Positions 9,504 through 17,973 of a stretch of DNA of 64,000 nucleotides are shown here, piece by piece. This stretch comes from Spirochaetia bacterium. GTDB taxonomy: Bacteria > Spirochaetota > Spirochaetia > UBA9216. The DNA lies in assembly GCA_963675665.1 (NCBI GenBank), contig OY776510.1, positions 427,815 through 491,814 on the forward strand, read 5' to 3'. Positions within the stretch are counted from its first letter, which is position 1, and each line of letters opens with the position of its first letter. Both the position numbers and the translations under genes were made by a program. The notes beneath the pieces are model-generated. The model was not told where the DNA came from, made no database searches, and was given only the letters and a program-made list of their open reading frames with translations.

Positions 9504-12500
9504 TTTCAGATCCTAATTTAAGTTCTCTTGCGGCATCGGTAACTGCATTTATTTTTACCGCAATACTGGTTCGTTTTTCAATATCCGAATCTGTAAGATA
9601 ATGAACATCGAGTAATTCTTCAGTTTTATAACCGGTCCGCAGATAATTAATCCTGCCCAAAGCCCGGCTCCAGCCGTCAAGCCACAGGGCAAGCGCTTCC
9701 TTTTTCCCGGCGTCATCACCAATATGAATTATCAAATCAATATCGCTCATCGGTCCGGCGGTTGCATTCTTTGTGCTGCCGAAGAGATAAAAGGCCTTCA
9801 CCCCGAAGAACCCGGCATCCAGCGATTCCGCAATAGTTTCCGCCATTGAATAGCGCCAGCTCCAGTAATCTTCATGTGTTTCGTTGTTATGGGAATATAT
9901 ATCAATTTGTTTACCGGAAGAAGAGGGATCGGAAAAAATGGCGATCGCCTCATTAATCTCCTCGTTCATAAGAACCTTCAAGACCTTTCCTTCTGTTTCT
10001 TTTCTGATATCGGTTACGAAAATAACACGGGAGAGCTCCGAAAAGTCCGGAAGTATCTCAGTAAGTATATTCTTTGAACGCGTTAAAAATGCATCTTTCA
10101 TCAATATTCCGGGATCGTCGGGATACAAAGGAAGATATTTTATTTCGGCCTCAACAAGATCCTGAAAAAAATGAGTTCCGAAAGAGACTTCGGGAAGATA
10201 ATCCCCTTTTTTCCTGGCAATCTCAATCAGCATGGCGGTATTATTAATATCCGAGTAATTAACCCTTACTCCCAGTTTAATATCTCCGCGGCTTCCCCAA
10301 CGCCCCGGCCCCATAAGAATAAAACGGCGTTTCGGAAGAATTGAATTCAGCCTGCCGACAGCGGCCCCCACGCGTTCCAGCTGTTCAAACGACGGTAAAT
10401 CATTGTAGGCCTCAGGATCTATATAAACAATATAGTCGATATTATCAACAAGCCCGTTTGCAATATGCTTCTTCGCTGTAAAAAGAACCTGGTTCTCGTT
10501 TATATCCTTGGGAATGGGCTGAGGAAGGCTTTCCCGAACCCCGGCCTGGGGCCTGCACTGGAGAAGAAAAAGCCGGCCGCCGCTGAAAGCGAATTCTATA
10601 TCAACAATTGTATTTAAACGTTCTTTCAGTTCATCTATTATGGATTTTATTTTTTCAATAAGACCTGTATTTCGAATCAGCGGATCAAGAGTAAACACAA
10701 GATCATCATTCGCCGTATCAAGCTGAAATTTATTCCTGTTCTTGAAAATATCATCTTCAAATACAGAAAACAGAAGATCCATATCGGGATATGTAACCGG
10801 GTTGTTTCTCAGAAAATCTCTGACATTAACGGTTTCGAATATATTCGTACGCAGATTTATCACATCCATCATTCTGGGTGAATACCTTACAGCTTCGGAC
10901 GGCAAAGGATTTACCTTCATCCCCGGATTTCCCGGGCAGATTAATACGGGATAATCATCGCTTAACCTGTCGACAGCCCGGGTTCCGAGACCGGGAACTA
11001 TCCTGAGCAGACCGTCTTCCTTTGAAATCCTCGGGGACCAGCGATATTCATTACGGCCGAATCCTACGCCTGCAAAAGAAGGGAAAAAAAAGTCTCCCGC
11101 CTGTTCTCCGACAACCTCCTGAATAATAACAGCCATCTCCTCATGAAATTCAAGAAGACCATGCGCTTTTCGGTATTCAAGCGGATCCGGGCCGAAAGTT
11201 GAAGCATATATTTCTGCTATAGCATCCAGTACAGCCGTAAGACGCTCCTCTCTGGATCCCTGATTGGCAAGAAAAAGACTTTTATATTTACCCGAAAAAG
11301 CAGTTCCGTAACGGTCTTCCAGCAGGCTGGAACTTCTTACAATAACGGGTTTGTTTCCGAAGTCTTCCATAGCCATTGACAGTCCGTTGACAAAATCGAT
11401 TGGAAAATTCGAGTTCTTGAAAACCTGTATCAGATTCGGATAATCCGCCCTGATTTCTTCTATATCCTTGTATTTCTGTTCAAGAGATTCTTCAAGGTTA
11501 TTATAATAAATAAATTTATGCATATAATCCGAAGATATATACCAGGTTTTCGGAATACTTACATCTATGCCCGCCTTTTTCAGAAACTGCCCGGCAATAA
11601 ACAGACCGGCGCTTTTGCCTCCAAGTTTTCCATGACTGTTATTAGGGTATATTGCGTGCTGCAGTACTGAATAAAAATCATTTACATCAAGGTAATCTTT
11701 TGCTGATCTTATAAATTCCATCTGTTCAGTAAATACACGCTGTATAAAGAGCGCATTAATATTTGTTCTCGAATAACTGGAAATCTCAAAATGAGACTGG
11801 TTCAAATGATGAAATCTTGAAATGGCCGCGGCAATTCCCGATAACGGAGTATTGAAATTCTCCAGCGCACTGACAAGAAAGCCTGTTTTATCTTCTTTGA
11901 TCCATTTATTCAGATATATTTTTATTTCGTCCTCAGACAAATTCTGGGATGCAATCTTGAAAATATGCTGATTAAATTTATCGTACAGTTCAAAGTTAAT
12001 TTTTAGAGACGGGATATTCACATCCTGAAGAACAGTAATATTTTCGCATTGTTTCTGAAGGCCCATACATCCGAGAACGCTCTGAGCTTCCCGGACGCCC
12101 AGCAGACACAGCCGGTTCAGCATACGTCTGGATATTTTCCTGAAAAGAATACTGTCCATTTTTTCCACCAGTTCAAGAATAACCATCCAGTCCGGCTTTT
12201 TGTTGGCATCGATATCCTGCCTGGCTTTCTCCCACTGTTCAAGCGAAAACTGAAGATCCTGCTGAAAGAGAAAATTTTCAATTCTTTCGGCTATGGTATT
12301 AAGCAATTGCTGTTCTTCAGGAAGAAACGGACTTGACAACCGTGTTGAACCGTCGCTGAAGTGAACTTCTATGATACCGACCGGCTCGCCGCGAAGTATT
12401 AATTCCGCACTTTGGAACCATTTTGATGTCGAGAACCCGTCCGTCGTATAACTTTTATTTCTATAAACGATCCTTACTGAGCAGAACGCCGGAAACTGCC

Positions 12501-12660
12501 ACCCGGAAGGAATAATATCTATAAGCCTGGGGAACACATCCTCTATACTGAGCTGTTCCTTGTTGACAACTTCCTTGACTCTGTAAAGACATTGGAGCTC
12601 TTTTGCTCTTTCATTTAGATTCTGAATCAACGTATTCTCATCGAATGAATTACCGTTCAT
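9496..12660 (-). CDS. Multidomain protein: N-terminal sensor-like domain + PEP-synthase/PPDK-type ATP-grasp (PPDK_N) + conserved GRWGS domain + C-terminal Pol-beta-type nucleotidyltransferase
   Basis: PPDK_N motifs: GGKSAGL, VIVRSSSLLEDRYGTAFSGKYKS, VIIQEVV, IEFAFSGGRLFLLQCRP. GPGRWGSRGD...GTHFF is shared with the downstream paralog. NTase motif GS...DIDLIIH. No phosphohistidine swivel motif seen. Confidence 0.6.
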   Translation of the reverse strand: MNGNSFDENTLIQNLNERAKELQCLYRVKEVVNKEQLSIEDVFPRLIDIIPSGWQFPAFCSVRIVYRNKSYTTDGFSTSKWFQSAELILRGEPVGIIEVHFSDGSTRLSSPFLPEEQQLLNTIAERIENFLFQQDLQFSLEQWEKARQDIDANKKPDWMVILELVEKMDSILFRKISRRMLNRLCLLGVREAQSVLGCMGLQKQCENITVLQDVNIPSLKINFELYDKFNQHIFKIASQNLSEDEIKIYLNKWIKEDKTGFLVSALENFNTPLSGIAAAISRFHHLNQSHFEISSYSRTNINALFIQRVFTEQMEFIRSAKDYLDVNDFYSVLQHAIYPNNSHGKLGGKSAGLFIAGQFLKKAGIDVSIPKTWYISSDYMHKFIYYNNLEESLEQKYKDIEEIRADYPNLIQVFKNSNFPIDFVNGLSMAMEDFGNKPVIVRSSSLLEDRYGTAFSGKYKSLFLANQGSREERLTAVLDAIAEIYASTFGPDPLEYRKAHGLLEFHEEMAVIIQEVVGEQAGDFFFPSFAGVGFGRNEYRWSPRISKEDGLLRIVPGLGTRAVDRLSDDYPVLICPGNPGMKVNPLPSEAVRYSPRMMDVINLRTNIFETVNVRDFLRNNPVTYPDMDLLFSVFEDDIFKNRNKFQLDTANDDLVFTLDPLIRNTGLIEKIKSIIDELKERLNTIVDIEFAFSGGRLFLLQCRPQAGVRESLPQPIPKDINENQVLFTAKKHIANGLVDNIDYIVYIDPEAYNDLPSFEQLERVGAAVGRLNSILPKRRFILMGPGRWGSRGDIKLGVRVNYSDINNTAMLIEIARKKGDYLPEVSFGTHFFQDLVEAEIKYLPLYPDDPGILMKDAFLTRSKNILTEILPDFSELSRVIFVTDIRKETEGKVLKVLMNEEINEAIAIFSDPSSSGKQIDIYSHNNETHEDYWSWRYSMAETIAESLDAGFFGVKAFYLFGSTKNATAGPMSDIDLIIHIGDDAGKKEALALWLDGWSRALGRINYLRTGYKTEELLDVHYLTDSDIEKRTSIAVKINAVTDAARELKLGSENA

Positions 12661-14390
12661 AGTATAATAATTCCTTTCCGGGTATTTCCGTCTGCTATTA
12701 TTTTAATACTTTTTTCAAATTTTATGTGCTTAAAAAACTTGCCTTCAAAAACAGTCTGTTGAGACTCCAGATAATTATAGTCTATAAAGCTGTCATTGTC
12801 CCGGCTGCAGGAATCTATCGAGAAATACACTGTGTCAGTATTCAGAATATTATGAAAAAAATGCGAACCCTGACTGAGTTCCGGATTCATCTCCGGCAGC
12901 GTGGATTCGATGATTACGGAAGCCCCGGAAATCTGGGACCAGCTGACCGGAATTCCTAATGCCGGGTCCGAAGATCCCCAGCGGCCGAACCCGGACAAAA
13001 TATATCTCTTGCCCTCAACAACCAGTTTCCGGTTGATTCTCTCAATTTCCAGCGGCATCTCGGCTGTTTTCAATGCGGAAAATCTTTGCGGATTTATATA
13101 GACAAAATCTTCAACATTTTCAATATATACGTTCCCCAGGGCATTATCGGTATAGGCAACCAGTTTACTCCTGTCGAAAGAAGATATATCAGGGACAATA
13201 CAGGTATTAAGTCTTTTCATGGGCCTTATTTGAAGAAAGGCGAAATCAGCCGTAGGTTTTTGAGGAAAATCAATATTGACGGCAAATTCGATTTCTATTT
13301 CGGAACCTGTTTTTTCCCTGCATTTATCAAGAATATCCGTAACAAGTCTGTTTAAATTTATTATTTCGCCTTTAAGAATAGGTGAAAAATCAATTAGCTT
13401 GAAACCGGAGTCAAGAAAACCCATTTCCAGCCTGTCGGAGGACCTTGAATATGTCGAGCAGAGGCTGCTAATAATTTTACTTTCTTCAAGGCTTTTTACA
13501 GGCTGCAGCGACAAAAACTCTTTTTCATCAAGAGGCGACTCCTTATCCGGCGGTTTTAAATCAATTGCCCAGAAATCAGTCTGCCCGGCATCAAGAAGGT
13601 TTTTCAACGATGCGGGAGGCGGTGAAGCAGGTTTTTCAGGACTGTATATCCATTTTCGTCCGCCGTCAACAATTGTCTTTCCAAGTCCGGCCGCAAGTTC
13701 CACAATACCGCTTTCCGGCTTGCATCCGCTGAAAGGATAATAATTATATGAACGGCCGACGCCTGAAAATGCCGGATAAAAATATCTTCCGTATGATTTA
13801 CCGTGAACCCTCTGGATAATGACCGCCATCCTTTCCATATCAATATCAATACCGGCTGATTTAAAACTGTCCCGGGAGGCTTCGAACCAGACTGATGAAT
13901 ACACAAACTTTACAGCATTAATAAGCTGCAGAAACCTGACATCAGGGTCAGGATGATTATTGGGAATCATTTTTGTTGCAAACAATCCGGCAAAAGGCCT
14001 GTTTAAAGAATCTTCGGTCAGACTGGAGGAACGTATTGCAAGAGGGCCTTTCCTGCCGTTTGAAATCTTTCTTACCTCTCCGATCAAAAACGGCGGAAAA
14101 GAAGCTTTGTTAAATAAAAGTGAAATCTGTTCATCTGTCTTGTTGTTTATGAGTTCAGATCTTAATTTATTTTCATTAATAAAAAGAGTAAATACATCAG
14201 AAAGAATGACTGTCATTTCGGGAACCCCGACAGAGATTCCGTGCCTGCCAACATCAGAAAAATATTCGTCTATCAGCGATTGTATCCTGATAAGGCCGGA
14301 ACCTTTTCCTCCCGGAGCTCCGCTTCCAATAAATGATATTTTATTGTTCATAAAGATAAAAACGCCGGATACCGGCACGGTATCCGGCAA
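12657..14390 (-). CDS. PEP-synthase/PPDK-type ATP-grasp (PPDK_N) domain protein, paralog of 9496..12660
   Basis: PPDK_N motifs: GGKGSGL, LAIRSSSLTEDSLNRPFAGLF, VIIQRV, IEFAVN...FAFLQIRP. Followed by GFGRWGS...GSHFF. 4-nt ATGA overlap with the downstream gene. Confidence 0.6.
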   Translation of the reverse strand: MPDTVPVSGVFIFMNNKISFIGSGAPGGKGSGLIRIQSLIDEYFSDVGRHGISVGVPEMTVILSDVFTLFINENKLRSELINNKTDEQISLLFNKASFPPFLIGEVRKISNGRKGPLAIRSSSLTEDSLNRPFAGLFATKMIPNNHPDPDVRFLQLINAVKFVYSSVWFEASRDSFKSAGIDIDMERMAVIIQRVHGKSYGRYFYPAFSGVGRSYNYYPFSGCKPESGIVELAAGLGKTIVDGGRKWIYSPEKPASPPPASLKNLLDAGQTDFWAIDLKPPDKESPLDEKEFLSLQPVKSLEESKIISSLCSTYSRSSDRLEMGFLDSGFKLIDFSPILKGEIINLNRLVTDILDKCREKTGSEIEIEFAVNIDFPQKPTADFAFLQIRPMKRLNTCIVPDISSFDRSKLVAYTDNALGNVYIENVEDFVYINPQRFSALKTAEMPLEIERINRKLVVEGKRYILSGFGRWGSSDPALGIPVSWSQISGASVIIESTLPEMNPELSQGSHFFHNILNTDTVYFSIDSCSRDNDSFIDYNYLESQQTVFEGKFFKHIKFEKSIKIIADGNTRKGIIIL

Positions 14391-14395
14391 TATTA

Positions 14396-15691
14396 TTAAG
14401 TCCAGCCACGCTGTTTACAGGCGTCGGCCACACGATTAACAGAAATTATGTATGCAGCATCTCTCATGTAAAGATTATTCTTTCCGGCAAGTTCCGAAAC
14501 AGACATAAACGCTGAAGTCATCTTTAGATCAAGTTTACTTATCACCTCATCTTTTTCCCAGTAATAATTCATATTATTCTGTACCTGCTCAAAATAGCTG
14601 CATGTTACTCCCCCGGCATTTGCGAGAAAATCCGGAATTATAAATATTCCGCGCTCTTTTAAAATTTCATCTGCTTCAGGGGTCGTCGGACCGTTGGCCG
14701 CTTCGGCAATTATCTTTACACCTTTGCCTATTTTTCCAACAGTCTCTTTGGTTATCTGATTTTCAAGTGCCGCAGGAATAATAATATCAACATCCTGCTC
14801 AATCCAGACATCCCCCGGAAGCACCTCATATCCCAGTGAAATTGCCTTTTCACGGTCTATACCTCCGAACCGGTCGGCTATTCCCCGAAGCTCTTCAAGG
14901 TTTATCCCGTCTTTCTTCCTGAATGAAAATGATTTCGACTCCTTTTGATCCCAGCAGGATACGCAAACAACAGTTCCGCCAAGCTGTTCATACAACTGTA
15001 TTGCATACTGGGCAACATTGCCAAACCCCTGAATACTGGCGATTGTTTTTTCAGGCGACATATTAAGTTCCTTCAAGGCCTCTCGCAGGGTAAATATCAC
15101 CCCGAAACCGGTTGCTTCAGTTCTTCCAAGGGACCCGCCGAGACCGACCGGTTTACCGGTAATTACACCGGGATATTTTGCTCCGGTTATGGCTTCGTAC
15201 TCATCCAGCATCCAGATCATATGTTGGCCGTTAGTCATTACATCCGGCGCCGGAACATCGCGAACCGGCCCAAGCGCACCCGCAAGCTGTCTAATCCAGC
15301 CCCTGCAGATTCTTTCCTGTTCTCCTGCGCTAAGATGATGCGGATCACATATTACTCCGCCTTTGCTTCCGCCCAAAGGAATATCCACTACGCTGCATTT
15401 CCAGGTCATCCACATGGATAAAGCTCTGACGGTGTCAATTGTTTCAAGCGGATGAAATCTGATTCCGCCTTTCCCCGGACCAAGCGCATCATTATGCTGA
15501 CACCTGAATCCGTTGAAAACCTTAACACTCCCGTCATCCATTCTCACGGGGATATTTACATGATATTCCCGCATGGGAACCCTTAAAAGATCTCTTGTGC
15601 CCTGATCAAGCATAAGATATTCGGCAATATTGTCGAACTGCTGTTGTGCCATTTTAAACGCATTATAAGACTGGTCTTTCATTCTCTGCAC
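14396..15691 (-). CDS. gdhA: NAD(P)-specific glutamate dehydrogenase
   Basis: Glu/Leu/Phe/Val dehydrogenase signature (GGSKGG, catalytic-Lys region). Rossmann GFGNVAQ. Confidence 0.9.
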   Translation of the reverse strand: MQRMKDQSYNAFKMAQQQFDNIAEYLMLDQGTRDLLRVPMREYHVNIPVRMDDGSVKVFNGFRCQHNDALGPGKGGIRFHPLETIDTVRALSMWMTWKCSVVDIPLGGSKGGVICDPHHLSAGEQERICRGWIRQLAGALGPVRDVPAPDVMTNGQHMIWMLDEYEAITGAKYPGVITGKPVGLGGSLGRTEATGFGVIFTLREALKELNMSPEKTIASIQGFGNVAQYAIQLYEQLGGTVVCVSCWDQKESKSFSFRKKDGINLEELRGIADRFGGIDREKAISLGYEVLPGDVWIEQDVDIIIPAALENQITKETVGKIGKGVKIIAEAANGPTTPEADEILKERGIFIIPDFLANAGGVTCSYFEQVQNNMNYYWEKDEVISKLDLKMTSAFMSVSELAGKNNLYMRDAAYIISVNRVADACKQRGWT

Positions 15692-15892
15692 CTCTGTATC
15701 AATGAAAATATAAATAGAGTTTGCGCCAACATTACACAGCTGTCAATACGATTTCGGCTTTACCAGAGCCTTAACAGAACGCTATCATCATTAAATTTAG
15801 AGCAAAACACGATATCCGTACGCAGAGAATATATAGATTATTAAATTTATTTGATAATGATTCAGAAGAAAGGTATTATATACTATTTTCTA

Positions 15893-16606
15893 TTAATCTG
15901 CCGAACCGCAGATATACTCCGCATACTTATTTGGAACAAGAAGTGCTTTGCCGCCGTCAATTGTAACCCTGATCCCCTCGGTTTCAACTGCGTCAACCAT
16001 CATTCTGCGCCCCGGTCTGAGTTCATTTTCATAACAGAACTGGAGCAGACCTTCCTCGGCTTCCCCTTCTTCAGTTATCCTGACAAGCCGGACATTGCTG
16101 CTTTCAACTGCCTGACTGAGACGTGGCGCCGCAAGGATTTCATTTTCCAGGGGTGAACCGGGAAAAGGATTGCCGTGAGGACAGGTTTCCGGTCTGCCCA
16201 GTTTATCATGGAGAAAATATGCGAAATCATCAGATATTGCAGCCTGCAGCCTGGAAGCTTCCTCATCCGATTTAACCCAGTGATAATCAAGCATTTTTAT
16301 AAGAAGATGTTCAATCAGATAGTGTCTTTTCAGAAGCCTTGAGGCTGTTATTCTGCCTGAAGCCGTCAGATTTATCGAGCCGTATAGATCCTGCTCAATA
16401 AGGCTGTATCTTTTCAAACGATTCATGGCCTGTGTTACGGCGGGTTTCGATACTCCCAGACGAGCCGCTATTACCGAGTTTTTTACAATACCGTAATCCC
16501 GGTTTGTGATAAATATTTCAATCAAGTACTCCGCCGCCGCCGGGAATTTCTTTGTTAATTCTTCCAAATCATAAACCTGATCTTTTCCCATAAGCTCAGA
16601 ATACAC
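15893..16606 (-). CDS. DtxR/MntR-family metal-dependent transcriptional regulator with C-terminal FeoA-like domain
   Basis: wHTH (SVIAARLGVSKPAVTQAMNRL). Dimerisation/metal-site region with HGNPFPG. C-terminal SH3-like FeoA domain. Track ORF runs to 16639 using an ATG that lies inside the IS inverted repeat. A GTG at about 16606 with an AAGGGG RBS, or an ATG near 16591, is a more likely native start. Confidence 0.7.
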   Translation of the reverse strand: MYSELMGKDQVYDLEELTKKFPAAAEYLIEIFITNRDYGIVKNSVIAARLGVSKPAVTQAMNRLKRYSLIEQDLYGSINLTASGRITASRLLKRHYLIEHLLIKMLDYHWVKSDEEASRLQAAISDDFAYFLHDKLGRPETCPHGNPFPGSPLENEILAAPRLSQAVESSNVRLVRITEEGEAEEGLLQFCYENELRPGRRMMVDAVETEGIRVTIDGGKALLVPNKYAEYICGSAD

Positions 16607-16636
16607 TATTTTGCCCCTTATAAAAAGAAATTCTAA

Positions 16637-17911
16637 CATAGCTGTCCAAAATAAGGACTATTAATAGCCTGAATCCCTGGTTATAATGAATTGAGCGGGC
16701 AAGCTTAAATCATTACAACGGAAGGAAAACAGGCAATGAGTTATAAGAATAGCATTTTAAATCAGATACTTCAAATCATTCCGAGACATGAATTTGAAAG
16801 ATCTGTCAGAAAGTATAAAGGAGATTTTGCTTCAAAAGGATTCTCCTGTTGGGAACAATTTGTTTCAATGCTGTTTGCCCAATTTACAGGACAGACCGGA
16901 CTTAGAGGCATAGAAACAGCATTGGATTCGATTAAAAACATGCTTTATCATTTGGGGGTAAAAAAGCTTAAACGCTCAACACTTTCCTATGCAAATAACA
17001 ACAGACCCTCAGAAATTTATGAAAATGTATTCAATAACCTGCTGACAAAGATCCTTAAAATGAAAAGGTCTCATAAGCATAGATTTAAAAATCCGCTGTA
17101 CAGTGTTGATGCGACAACCATCGATTTATGCCTGTCAGTATTTCCATGGGCGAAGTTTAGAAAGAATAAAGGCGGAATCAAACTTAATGTAAAACTTGAT
17201 CACAGCGGATATATTCCGGACTTTGTATCTGTTACAACAGCTCAAACCCATGAGCTTAATTCACTCAAGAAAATGAAATTCAATAAAGGTGATGTAGTTG
17301 CATTCGATCGGGCCTATACAGATTTCAAATTATTTGCAAGTTATTGTATTGCAGGCATTTATTTTATTACTCGTATGAAAAAGAATGCAGATTATAAAGT
17401 TGTTCAAAGAAATAATGTTTCAAAATATGAAAATATTTCATCAGATCAAATAATTGAAATGCGAGGATACTACACCAGCAAGAAGTGACCACTCCAATTA
17501 CGGCGAATTAGAATAAAAGATCCGGAAACAGGAAAATATATTGTAATTCTTACAAATCAGCTTGATTGGGCACCTACAACAGTTGCTGCTGTCTATAAGG
17601 ACAGATGGCAGATAGAAATATTCTTCAAAACAATCAAACAGAACCTGAAAATAAAGAAGTTTTTTGGAACGACGAAAAATGCAGTAATGACTCAGATCTG
17701 GATAGCATTGATAACTCATCTGATGCTGCAATATCTGAAGATGTTATCTTCCGGTGGATGGACTCATTATTCGCTTATGAAATTGCTTCCATCAATCCTG
17801 ACGACCAGAAAAGATCTCTGGAATATTCTGAATAAACTACCGCCGCCCGGCAGAAATGAGCCAGGCTTAAAACTTCAAATGGAGCTGTTATGATTGTTTT
17901 GGACAGCTATG
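16637..17911 (+). mobile_element. IS4-family insertion sequence (1275 bp) with perfect 15-bp terminal inverted repeats and 9-bp target site duplication
   Basis: Left end CATAGCTGTCCAAAA (16637-16651) is the exact reverse complement of the right end TTTTGGACAGCTATG (17897-17911). Flanking direct repeat AAATTCTAA at 16628-16636 and 17912-17920. Encodes a DDE transposase. Confidence 0.85.
16736..17893 (+). pseudogene. IS4-family DDE transposase (DUF4372-like N-terminus + DDE_Tnp_1), interrupted by one in-frame TGA at 17486-17488
   Basis: The 250-aa ORF 16736..17488 continues in the same frame after a single TGA (…TSKK*PLQLRRIRIKDPETGKY…WQIEIFFKTIKQ…) to a stop at 17891-17893. The uninterrupted frame would give about 385 aa. 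Confidence 0.6.
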
Positions 17912-17918
17912 AAATTCT

Positions 17919-17956
17919 AAAAAAAAAGTCCTGCACCGTTAATACCTGTGCAGGAC
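17919..17956 (-). terminator. Rho-independent terminator of feoB
   Basis: On the minus strand: 9-bp perfect stem GTCCTGCAC(17928-17936)/GTGCAGGAC(17948-17956), 11-nt loop, followed by a 9-nt U tract, beginning 18 nt after the feoB stop. The IS target duplication overlaps the U tract. Confidence 0.75.
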
Positions 17957-17973
17957 TTTATTATGTAAAATCC

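Noticed and set aside
16588-16622. Inconsistency between my base counting and the ORF-track translation of the regulator N-terminus.
   Set aside because: The ORF is in frame with both its stop (15893) and the track start (16639). Because the discrepancy is a single nucleotide, I attribute it to a transcription or counting error on my side rather than a real frameshift. The effect is that positions in this interval are uncertain by 1 nt.
17486-17488. Possibility that TGA is a sense codon (alternative genetic code), so the transposase is intact.
   Set aside because: Several clearly complete housekeeping genes in the window terminate with TGA at the position expected from homolog length, for example oppD at 54524 overlapping the oppF start. 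The standard code is therefore in use.
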